Source: Candidatus Nanohaloarchaea archaeon (GTDB lineage: Archaea; EX4484-52; GLR71). Taken from it: DNA of 36,126 nt. Below the pieces are notes generated by a model. That model saw only the letters and a program-made list of their open reading frames with translations, did no database searches and was not told the DNA's origin. Of the stretch, positions 19,335-26,992 are shown piece by piece. Made by a program: the position numbers and the translations under genes. Position 1 is the stretch's first letter, and every line of letters begins with the position of its first letter. Location: assembly GCA_013138765.1 (NCBI GenBank), contig WTCB01000041.1:1-36126 (forward strand). Reading direction: 5' to 3'.

Positions 19335-19349
19335 TCGTTTTTATAAACA

Positions 19350-19565
19350 TTATTTTTTTACACTCAATAATTTATAGATCCTTAAAAGTATCATTGCATT
19401 GAAATACATCGAACCGACAACAAGCAAAAGAAGCATATTGGTTATGCTCACTGCAATGACCGCTGAATTAAGCATTCCGCCACCTAAAATCAAAAAAGCA
19501 GACACTGTCATCAGCATTATACATACAATCAAAAAATTTTCAAGCATTTCAGGTCCTAATTTCAT
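19350..19565 (-). CDS. Small two-TM membrane protein (71 aa)
   Basis: Two hydrophobic helices (FLIVCIMLMTVSAFLILGG and VIAVSITNMLLLLVVGSMYF). Tightly packed between the coiled-coil gene and the pilin gene. No homology recognised. Confidence 0.45.
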   Translation of the reverse strand: MKLGPEMLENFLIVCIMLMTVSAFLILGGGMLNSAVIAVSITNMLLLLVVGSMYFNAMILLRIYKLLSVKK

Positions 19566-19568
19566 AAA

Positions 19569-20114
19569 TTACACACCACCATACGGATTCTGCTGTGCAG
19601 TCTGCTGCTGTGTCTGGAATGGAGATGCGGCCTGTGCACTTTGAGTCGAAGCAGAACCCGATCGTTTAAGCCTTTTATCAATAGTTGAAAGATTTTCTGA
19701 AATGGATTCATTGCTCTTCAACAATTTATCATTAGCATCAGTTATACTCTTTACTAAAGGTACAACCATGCCACGAAGTGCAGATACGGCCTCAGACTCA
19801 TCAACATCTTCTTTGCCTGCCTCTTCGACAATATCAATAAAACTAGTAAGTTTTCCCTGAAGCGAATCAATCTTGCCTATAAGTGTTGCAAGGTCACCGC
19901 GAAGCGATGTATTTGCCTTTACCATCTCATCAACGATCCGCTGATTAAGCTCAACCATATCAAGTATCTTGTCCATCATCCTCTCCATATTTGTAAAGGA
20001 TTTAGATGATTCCATACTGGTTATTCTTTTTTCAAGCCTACGGAGCGGTGTTAGAGGCACAACTTCATAATCCTCATCATCAGAAATTTGTTCATAATCA
20101 TCTTTTCTTACCAT
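19569..20114 (-). CDS. Coiled-coil protein with a Q-rich C-terminus (first gene of the pilus operon)
   Basis: The track start at 20144 is a TTG. The ATG at 20114 is preceded by GGTGA plus 4 nt. Heptad-like helical sequence (LEKRITSMES...MERMMDKILDMVELNQRIVDEMVKANTSLRGDLATLIGKIDSLQGKL) with the tail SPFQTQQQTAQQNPYGGV. Confidence 0.55.
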   Translation of the reverse strand: MVRKDDYEQISDDEDYEVVPLTPLRRLEKRITSMESSKSFTNMERMMDKILDMVELNQRIVDEMVKANTSLRGDLATLIGKIDSLQGKLTSFIDIVEEAGKEDVDESEAVSALRGMVVPLVKSITDANDKLLKSNESISENLSTIDKRLKRSGSASTQSAQAASPFQTQQQTAQQNPYGGV

Positions 20115-20239
20115 TTTTTCACCAATAACCACTCTACATTTCAACTATTAGTCAAATGTGGTATATATAGGTTATGGTTATTATCCTACAATATTTAACA
20201 GAAACAAAAAATATGCAATATAAAAAACTAAAACAAAAA

Positions 20240-20285
20240 TCAAAAAAATAATTTAAAAATAACAAAAAAAGAAAAGGAAAAATCC
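20240..20285 (-). terminator. Oligo-T tracts downstream of the thermosome gene
   Basis: The minus strand after the stop reads GAGGATTTTTCCTTTTCTTTTTTTGTTATTTTTAAATTATTTTTTTGATTTTTG. Confidence 0.35.
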
Positions 20286-20287
20286 TC

Positions 20288-21946
20288 TTACATCATAGGA
20301 GGCATACCGCCGCCGCCCATTGGAGGCATACCTTCAGGCATTCCGCCGCCGCCAAGCTTTGATGCAGAGATTACATCATCAATCCTGAGGATCATTTCAG
20401 CAGCTTCAGATGCAGATTTTATTGCCTGTGTCTTTATCTTGACAGGTTCCAAAACACCCTGTTTTAGCATATCTTGTGTATTATTTGTAAATACATCAAT
20501 ACCTGCCCATTTATTGCCTTTGTCATGAGCAGAGCGAAGTTCAACAAGTATATTGATCGGGTCAATTCCAGCATTCTCAGCAAGAGTCTTAGGTATTACC
20601 TCAACAGCATTAGCAAAAGCAACTATGGCAAGCTGTTCACGTCCACCGACAGAATCACTATACTTTCTTAACTCTTTTGCAATTTCAGCTTCAGGAGAAC
20701 CACCACCTGCAACAACTTTGCCTACCTCAATAGATGCAGAGACACCGCCAAGAGCATCTTTCATAGCTCTTTCAATTTCATCAACCACATGATCAGTTCC
20801 GCCACGGACAAGTATTGAGACTGATTTAGGATCCTTACATTTTCGTACAAATATCATCTCACTTCCGGATATTTTCTTCTCTTCAACAATACCTGCAGAA
20901 CCAAGATCATCCGCATTAATTTCATCAAGATTAGATATTATGCTTCCACCTGTAGCTTTTGATAAGGCATCCATATCAGATTTCTTGACTCGTCTTAAGA
21001 CCATTATGCCCGCTTTAGCAAGATAATACTGTGCCATGTCATCAACACCTTTTTGACAGAATACAACATTTGTCTTTGATGCAATTATCTTTTCAACCAT
21101 CTTTTTAAGCATCTTTTCTTCCTGTTCTAAAAACGCATTCATCTGAGAAGGGTCAGTAATCCTTATCTGCGCATCACTTTCCAGCTCTTTTACTTCAATA
21201 GCACTATTGATAAGAGCAATCTTAGCATTTTCAATCTTTTTTGGCATACCTGAATGAACCACTTCCTTATCAATTATAAGACCGCTGATAAGTGTTGTAT
21301 CATCTGTAGACCCGCCAGCTTTTTTCTCAAGCTTTATCTGATCAAGATCAATGACTGTTTTACCTTCATCTTCAACAGCCACCTGAATTATAGATTCAAC
21401 TGCAATTTTTGCTAAAAACTCTTTTGCAGATTCACTGGATTTACCAGTCATTGAAGTAAGTGCAATCTTTGTAAGAAAATCCTTATCCTTAATATCAACA
21501 GCAATTGCAATCTTATCCAAAATTTCAAGACTTTTCTCTTTTGCAAGCCTGTAACCCTGAGCAATACTTGTAGGATGAATCTTTTGTTCAAGAAGTGTTT
21601 CTGACTGTTTGAGGAGTTCACCAGTAAGAACTGCAGCAGTAGTTGTACCATCTCCTACTTCTGCATCTTGTGCCTTTGCAACTTCAACAACCATCTTTGC
21701 AGCCGGATGTGTTATCTCCATCTCTTCAAGTATAGTCACACCATCATTTGTGATCACGACCTCACCTAAAGAATCCGTAAGCATCTTATCCATACCTTTA
21801 GGTCCAAGTGTCGTCCTGACTGCATCAGCCACAATTTTTGCAGCCGCAATGTTTGCCATCTGCGCATTCCTTCCGCTCTCTCTAAAAGTGCCTTCAGGCA
21901 CAACAATTATAGGTTGTCCACCAATCTGTCCATTCATATTTTTCAT
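20288..21946 (-). CDS. ths: Thermosome subunit (group II chaperonin, CCT/TCP-1 family)
   Basis: Hallmarks are [26 protein letters not shown] (nucleotide binding) and VAGGGSPE. The C-terminal tail is [21 protein letters not shown]. The length is 552 aa. Confidence 0.95.
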   Translation of the reverse strand: MKNMNGQIGGQPIIVVPEGTFRESGRNAQMANIAAAKIVADAVRTTLGPKGMDKMLTDSLGEVVITNDGVTILEEMEITHPAAKMVVEVAKAQDAEVGDGTTTAAVLTGELLKQSETLLEQKIHPTSIAQGYRLAKEKSLEILDKIAIAVDIKDKDFLTKIALTSMTGKSSESAKEFLAKIAVESIIQVAVEDEGKTVIDLDQIKLEKKAGGSTDDTTLISGLIIDKEVVHSGMPKKIENAKIALINSAIEVKELESDAQIRITDPSQMNAFLEQEEKMLKKMVEKIIASKTNVVFCQKGVDDMAQYYLAKAGIMVLRRVKKSDMDALSKATGGSIISNLDEINADDLGSAGIVEEKKISGSEMIFVRKCKDPKSVSILVRGGTDHVVDEIERAMKDALGGVSASIEVGKVVAGGGSPEAEIAKELRKYSDSVGGREQLAIVAFANAVEVIPKTLAENAGIDPINILVELRSAHDKGNKWAGIDVFTNNTQDMLKQGVLEPVKIKTQAIKSASEAAEMILRIDDVISASKLGGGGMPEGMPPMGGGGMPPMM

Positions 21947-22012
21947 TCTCCCTGTTTTTTAAGAAACTGTATAATATAATCTTGTAAGAAGTATTGATTC
22001 ATGCGCAACCAA

Positions 22013-22026
22013 GTTTTATAAACTTT
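22013..22026 (-). promoter_or_regulatory. Candidate BRE/TATA box for the thermosome gene
   Basis: The minus strand reads AAAGTTTATAAAAC, about 70 nt upstream of the ATG at 21946. TTTATAAA matches the archaeal TATA consensus. Because the box is palindromic, its orientation is not certain. Confidence 0.35.
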
Positions 22027-22086
22027 ATGATTATGTGAGTATACAGAAAAAATTAAAAAACAAATCAAAAATCTAAAAAAACATTT

Positions 22087-22140
22087 AATTTATAATTTAT
22101 TTTATAAATCATTAAAACTATTTTAATAAATGATTTTTAA
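22087..22140. repeat. Left copy of a 54-bp imperfect direct repeat flanking the IS
   Basis: AATTTATAAtttattTTATAAATCATTAAAActaTTTTAATAAatgaTTTTTAA aligns with 24270-24323 at 46/54 positions by manual alignment. Weaker similarity extends further left (ACAAAT...ATCTAAAAAA). Confidence 0.6.
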
Positions 22141-24218
22141 CCTAACTTTCTCACCAAAATCACTATTTTTTAACACCTCTAAAAATTAATACCCTCTACT
22201 GTTATTCTTTTTATTTGATTATATCTATGATTTTGAAAATTTAAAAATATCTGTTACGACCAATAATTAATGTGGTTGAGATTACACTGATGTATTTATT
22301 GTATCTTATTTTTAAACGAAAAGCATATATACTATTACGACCAATTAAATATTATGCTGAAGTATAACTGGTACCTTAAAAAACATCACCATAATTACTA
22401 TAGTCTTGTAGAACCATACAGAGAGAATGGTAAAAACAGACATCGAATAATATATTATTATGGACAATTGACGGATGAAGAACTGCAGATAATAACACAG
22501 GCTTTAGAAGTCATGAAAAAACGCAAAGCAACAACAAAAATTGAAGACATAATCTTTGAGAATTACTGGCAGTATTTAAATATTGCATTTATGAACAGTA
22601 TCTGGAACCAATGGGATCTTTCTAAAATATTCATGCAATCCAAAAATAAGATTGTGCAGACATCGGAAATTGCAAAAATATTAACGATATATCGCTGTTT
22701 AGCACCCGGGAGCTATATCTCTGCAATAGAATGGAATAAAAAAACGGCATTAAATCGCATTTTAGATATAGATAACCGACATATAAACAAATCAAAAATA
22801 TTCCGTGAACTCGATGAAATTGAGAATAGAAAAATAGATATAGAAAATCATCTATACAAAATATTAAATGAACGTGATGCGGACTTGCAATTTGTATTTT
22901 ACGATCTCACTGATTCATATTTTGAGGGTAAAAAACGCGAATTGGCGACACCTGGAATTACTAAAAACAACGGTTTTCAAAAAAAAAGAATTGTTCTGTC
23001 ACTCTTGGTAAATTCAAAAGGATATCCATTCGCATGGGATATACTTGATGATTACACAGCAGATGTCAATACAATTAAAGACTTATCGACAAAGTGGATA
23101 TCACAGTTCAAATTCAATGAAAAAGAAATAATATTGGTTTTTGATAGAGGTATGGTTTCAGATGAGAATCTTAAACATCTTGAAAATGAAAAATATGTTT
23201 ACATAACTGCATTAGATAAAAATCAGATACCATATCTAAAAAATGCCAACATTGAACGTTTCAAGCCACTCAACGAAGAAAATATGATTGAACACATAAC
23301 AAAAATAGGATTTAAAAAATATGATGATAAAACATATTTTGAAAACATAGGAATAATTGAGGGTAGACGTTATGTCATGATATTTAATCCTAAAATGTTT
23401 GTGGATGAAATAGAATCTCACGATAAACTTATGGTACGGGCAAAAGCATATCTTGATGAAGAAAATAAAGCTTTGACTGATGCGAAAAATAGCAGGAATG
23501 AAGCTAAAACAAGAAATAAGATAGACATGCAATTAAAAGTGTTAAAGGCTAAGAAATTTGTGGATTATGATCTTGAACCTCTGACGATAAAGACAGATGG
23601 TAAAGAAGTCAATAGTTTTCAGATAGTGAAAAAAGATACTGAAAAAACTAAAAAAGCGATTGAAAAGGCAAGAAAAACATATGGTTTGTGGGTTCTTGTT
23701 ACAAATAATATTAACGATGAAAAAGACATGAAGGTTCTTACCGAAGAAAGATTAATTTCTGCATACAGAGATAAGAATCAGATAGAAGATGCGTTCAAAG
23801 ATGTGAAATCGTTCATAAAAATACAGCCGTTCAATGTTTGGACACAAAATCATGTGAAGGCACATTATACGATATGTGTGCTTTCATATCTATTGAATAT
23901 TACAATTACTGACCAATTGAAAAAGATAGAACTCGACATAAAAAGTTCGCAGAAAGTGTATAGCACACTACAGGATGGCATAATCGGCAAGATCACTATT
24001 CAAAATACAGGATTTGAATCTTTAAAACTGATTAAACTTAAAAGTCAGCAAAAAAAGATTGTTGAGTTGTTTCAGTGCGAAACAATTATAGATAAAAAAT
24101 ATTTGAAATCGATTGGAATTAATTATTGAAATGATACATTACGACCAAAAACGAGCAGATTTTATACCTGCACTACTCCGATAGATACTGTTTTTAAAAA
24201 TTGAGTGGGAAACTCGGG
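22141..24218 (+). mobile_element. IS1634-family insertion sequence (about 2.08 kb; boundaries approximate)
   Basis: A single DDE transposase ORF. The candidate terminal inverted repeats are CCTAACTTTCTCACCAAAAT (22141-22160) and the reverse complement of 24199-24218 (CCCGAGTTTCCCACTCAATT), matching at 13/20 by hand. The left end abuts the direct repeat. Confidence 0.65.
22354..24129 (+). CDS. IS1634-family (IS4-like) DDE transposase
   Basis: The N-terminus YYSLVEPYRENGKNRHRIIYYYGQL is typical of IS1634 transposases. Candidate DDE residues lie in VFYDLTDSYFEG, ILVFDRGMVSDENL and YRDKNQIEDAFKDVKSF (the Y-R...E-x6-K signature). Confidence 0.9.
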   Translation: MLKYNWYLKKHHHNYYSLVEPYRENGKNRHRIIYYYGQLTDEELQIITQALEVMKKRKATTKIEDIIFENYWQYLNIAFMNSIWNQWDLSKIFMQSKNKIVQTSEIAKILTIYRCLAPGSYISAIEWNKKTALNRILDIDNRHINKSKIFRELDEIENRKIDIENHLYKILNERDADLQFVFYDLTDSYFEGKKRELATPGITKNNGFQKKRIVLSLLVNSKGYPFAWDILDDYTADVNTIKDLSTKWISQFKFNEKEIILVFDRGMVSDENLKHLENEKYVYITALDKNQIPYLKNANIERFKPLNEENMIEHITKIGFKKYDDKTYFENIGIIEGRRYVMIFNPKMFVDEIESHDKLMVRAKAYLDEENKALTDAKNSRNEAKTRNKIDMQLKVLKAKKFVDYDLEPLTIKTDGKEVNSFQIVKKDTEKTKKAIEKARKTYGLWVLVTNNINDEKDMKVLTEERLISAYRDKNQIEDAFKDVKSFIKIQPFNVWTQNHVKAHYTICVLSYLLNITITDQLKKIELDIKSSQKVYSTLQDGIIGKITIQNTGFESLKLIKLKSQQKKIVELFQCETIIDKKYLKSIGINY

Positions 24219-24269
24219 CTAAAAGCTATTTTTATAGACAAATATCTAAAAAATATATCAAACAAGTTC

Positions 24270-24323
24270 AATTTATAACTTAATTTATAAATCATTAAAA
24301 TCCTTTTAATAACTCGTTTTTAA
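24270..24323. repeat. Right copy of the 54-bp imperfect direct repeat flanking the IS
   Basis: See 22087-22140. It is separated from the proposed right IS end (24218) by about 50 bp that align only weakly with sequence left of 22087. Confidence 0.6.
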
Positions 24324-24408
24324 TAAAGTTTTAAAAAGCTATCAACGTTAAGTAGTATCAATGATTAAACAATCAAATGAATTCAAACTAAAATAAAAGT
24401 GAAACCTT

Positions 24409-24708
24409 ATGACAACAGAGATTAAAAAAATAGAAATTCCAACAACGTTAGATGAAGCTAAATCATATTTAAGAGACGAATATGATAAACTTAAAGATAT
24501 AAAAAACACTCTTGAACGTAAATATAACTCAGGTCTAACATATGATACGCCCAATGAAGCGTGGTGGGGGGCACAATACATACCAAAAATAAATCAAATA
24601 GGGGACGAAATAAGTTATATAAAAGAACTTTGTAGTAAAACAGAATCAGAAATTATAGCAGATGTTAAAAATTATATCAACTCACAAATAGAAGAACATA
24701 ACACATAA
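24409..24708 (+). CDS. Hypothetical small helical protein (99 aa)
   Basis: ATG start with a partial SD (AGTGA) 6 nt upstream. Charged, helical-looking sequence with no recognised family. The structured repeat follows 19 nt after the stop. Confidence 0.5.
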   Translation: MTTEIKKIEIPTTLDEAKSYLRDEYDKLKDIKNTLERKYNSGLTYDTPNEAWWGAQYIPKINQIGDEISYIKELCSKTESEIIADVKNYINSQIEEHNT

Positions 24709-24727
24709 AGAAATAAAACAATAAAAG

Positions 24728-24858
24728 AATTGCCTAAAATCCACTATCCCATGGAGCAAAGCTCCGGGGTATTTCGTGGATTTACAAGACGGCAATTCCT
24801 ACCTTTCTTGATGGTGATAAACCGATGCAGAGCATCGGGGTATTAAACCCATCAAGAA
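24728..24858. repeat. Composite structured inverted-repeat element (two nested-hairpin modules); candidate ncRNA, MITE-like or recombination-site element
   Basis: Module 1 has the outer stems AATTGCC (24728-34)/GGCAATT (24791-97) and AAATCCAC (24737-44)/GTGGATTT (24776-83), which enclose the hairpin GGAGC-AAA-GCTCC (24753-65). Module 2 has a 10-bp outer stem, TTCTTGATGG (24805-14)/CCATCAAGAA (24849-58), enclosing CCGATGC-AGA-GCATCGG (24822-38). In both modules the inner hairpin is followed by GGGGTATT. Confidence 0.6.
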
Positions 24859-24933
24859 ATAAATGAAACAACCCCTCCATCACTTAGAGATAAAAAGTAT
24901 AGTAAAACTATCGAAGACGGAACCGTAACTAAA

Positions 24934-25137
24934 GTGTATAATGAATCTACAGCAAATGAAATGTATTCATACGAGATAGATGAAAACGACCGCATAGAAA
25001 AACCACTAATTAAAGTCACTTATTTTTCTGGTGCACACATACCTCAAAAAGATAAACACTTTTCAGAGTTATCACAAACAATACAAGATATATTTAATAA
25101 CATCGATGGATTCGATTGGATCCAAAAAACTCAGTAG
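24934..25137 (+). CDS. Hypothetical small protein (67 aa; start uncertain)
   Basis: GTG start in the track. The frame is open back to 24847 with no in-frame ATG, and the first in-frame ATG gives MYSYEIDEN.... No recognised family. Confidence 0.3.
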   Translation: MYNESTANEMYSYEIDENDRIEKPLIKVTYFSGAHIPQKDKHFSELSQTIQDIFNNIDGFDWIQKTQ

Positions 25138-25219
25138 TGTATTAAAAAATAATGAAAATAATATTCAAAACTAAATAGAGAAACAATAAATGAAATTAAA
25201 ATAAAAAAAGGTGAAAAAT

Positions 25220-26101
25220 ATGAGTGAAACTATTTATAGTCGTGTTTTTGGAGAAACCCCTGTTGTAGAAATCAACAGCCCACGTGTTCAAGCAACTGAC
25301 ACAAAAGCTGCATGGGATAATTGTGCCATCAAATATTATAATGGTACAATACAAGATGTCGATATAACATCTTCAAGAGATAACATAATGGAAAAATTAA
25401 AAGGAACAAATATAATGAATCATGGTGGTATCTCAAATGCATCATCAATGTTTCGACAGTTTTATGGTGCAAATGAACTTACGTTGCAAGAATTTGAAAA
25501 AGCAATGAACTCAAAACAGACACTACCCTTCGTATTTGATTATGCAGATGCAGTTAAAGATTCAATTATTGCTTCAGGTGAAAACAATTTTGAAACTGTG
25601 CACAATTATAATCTTAAGAATTATCTTAAAATGAATATTTTCGAAGCACAACAAATTAGCAAAACAGAAGAATCAAAAGTTGCAGGCATACAACCTCTTA
25701 ATTGGAAACTGGTTGATACATCCACACGAGGTGGAATTAATGAACAGACGGAAATCTCACTTTTAAGCCAACCAGCACCATATTCATCTGGATTTGACCC
25801 AGGACTAATATATATAGGTAAATCCTTATGGGACGAAACAAAAATGGAAATAACAAATGTTGGTGGCAAAGGACAAGCAACCGGTGCACAAGACTTAGGG
25901 ATATATGGTATTTCTGAAATAGACATTGGTGGTAAAAAACACACACTTGAAGGTATAAACTATCTAACAGAGTATGGAATTAATGCTTTTAATCAAGCAG
26001 AAGAAAAGGGATATAGTAGTGTTGAAATAATAACTCAGACTTTGATTGAAAATAGGATACCAAGTGCAATTGTACCATTACATAAAATATTCATTAAATA
26101 A
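25220..26101 (+). CDS. Hypothetical protein (about 293 aa), soluble, no recognised family
   Basis: The ATG at 25220 is preceded by AGGTGA (25209-25214) plus 5 nt, so the track GTG at 25211 lies inside the SD. No TM helix or signal peptide. The stop is followed after 1 nt by the short copy of the structured repeat. Confidence 0.65.
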   Translation: MSETIYSRVFGETPVVEINSPRVQATDTKAAWDNCAIKYYNGTIQDVDITSSRDNIMEKLKGTNIMNHGGISNASSMFRQFYGANELTLQEFEKAMNSKQTLPFVFDYADAVKDSIIASGENNFETVHNYNLKNYLKMNIFEAQQISKTEESKVAGIQPLNWKLVDTSTRGGINEQTEISLLSQPAPYSSGFDPGLIYIGKSLWDETKMEITNVGGKGQATGAQDLGIYGISEIDIGGKKHTLEGINYLTEYGINAFNQAEEKGYSSVEIITQTLIENRIPSAIVPLHKIFIK

Positions 26102-26102
26102 A

Positions 26103-26153
26103 AAATTGCCTAAAATCCACCACTCATCGAAGCAAAGCTCCAGAGTGTTAAAC
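26103..26153. repeat. Short (deletion-derivative-like) copy of the structured element
   Basis: AATTGCCTAAAATCCACcactcatcGAAGCAAAGCTCCagaGTGTTAAACC corresponds to the 5' part of module 1 (24728-24765) joined to the 3' tail of module 2 (GGGGTATTAAACC, 24837-24849). Confidence 0.6.
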
Positions 26154-26176
26154 CAAAAATAAAAGAGATTATAATT

Positions 26177-26971
26177 ATGGATGCCATTTACAAAAGCTTA
26201 AAAGGAAAAACCGTTATTGTAGTCGGAACAGGCAGCTTAGGTGGTGCCATAGTAAATGATTTTTTAGAACAGGGTTGTAAAGTTTATGGAATAGACAATA
26301 ACCAAGACACACTTGATAATTTATCCAATAAATATTCTGAATATGGATATCTATTTCAACCACAACTTGCAGATGTCACAGAAGTTCAAGACTTTGAAAC
26401 AATCCTTAAAACGATAGGAGATAATGAAGAAACCCCAATACATTCATTTGTATATACAGCAGGACTAGGTGTCTCAAGCGAACCAGACAGTTTCAAAGAC
26501 CGACTTCCCGAAGAATTATTCCAACTAAACGTATTCGGACTTATGTATGGAATAAGAGCCATCTCTGAATATCTTGACAAAGGGTCATCAATAATAGCAA
26601 CTGGTAGCTTAAATGCCACACGCCCAGAACACGGAATGTCAATGTATGATACAACAAAAGCAGCAATACACCAATACATGAAAACCGCCTCATTACACTT
26701 CGGTCCAAAAGGCATTCGTGTAAATGTAGTTGCTCCAGGTTACATACACACAACACAGACAGAAACCGAAATGGAAGACTCAATTACAAAAAAAAGAATA
26801 GAAGACTCAACGACATTAGGATATATAGGTGAACCTAAAGACGTATCATCAGTTGTTATATTTCTTGCATCTGATGCATCTAACTACCTAACTGGTGAAG
26901 TAATCCATGTAGATGGTGGCTTAGCAGATGCCCAATATCCAGCCATAAAAAAACAGATAGACAACATATAA
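26177..26971 (+). CDS. Short-chain dehydrogenase/reductase (classical SDR, FabG-like)
   Basis: Rossmann motif VVGTGSLGGAIV (TGxxxGxG), NNAG-like YTAGLG, catalytic S...YDTTK (YxxxK) and NVVAPGYIHT. Confidence 0.85.
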   Translation: MDAIYKSLKGKTVIVVGTGSLGGAIVNDFLEQGCKVYGIDNNQDTLDNLSNKYSEYGYLFQPQLADVTEVQDFETILKTIGDNEETPIHSFVYTAGLGVSSEPDSFKDRLPEELFQLNVFGLMYGIRAISEYLDKGSSIIATGSLNATRPEHGMSMYDTTKAAIHQYMKTASLHFGPKGIRVNVVAPGYIHTTQTETEMEDSITKKRIEDSTTLGYIGEPKDVSSVVIFLASDASNYLTGEVIHVDGGLADAQYPAIKKQIDNI

Positions 26972-26992
26972 AATAAAAAAAGTACAAGAGTT

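Noticed and set aside
13404-20144. Interpretation of the locus as an archaellum (fla) operon
   Set aside because: There is no FlaH (KaiC-like) gene and no FlaC/D/E or FlaF/FlaG-type pair. The pilin N-terminus is of the DUF1628 adhesion-pilin type rather than archaellin type. A type IV adhesion or Tad/Epd-like pilus fits better.
20474-21962. Plus-strand ORFs antisense to the thermosome gene (for example 21609-21962, 117 aa), and similar antisense ORFs in the ATPase, glmS, glmM, PMM and platform genes
   Set aside because: They are antisense to confidently identified conserved genes, and their products are low-complexity with no motifs. They are typical shadow ORFs.
24409-25137. The two small adjacent ORFs (99 and 67 aa) next to the IS as a toxin-antitoxin pair
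   Set aside because: No recognisable TA family motifs are present. The ORFs are separated by 225 bp containing the structured repeat rather than overlapping, and the second ORF lacks a convincing start.
24728-26153. Integron attC sites / gene-cassette array
   Set aside because: The layout (same-strand ORFs each followed by an imperfect palindromic element; GCCTAAA and GTTAAAC resemble the RYYYAAC/GTTRRRY cores) is suggestive. However, the putative cores are not complementary to each other, the short copy lacks the 3' half needed for an attC fold, and no IntI-like recombinase is in the window. It is kept only as a testable alternative under the findings.
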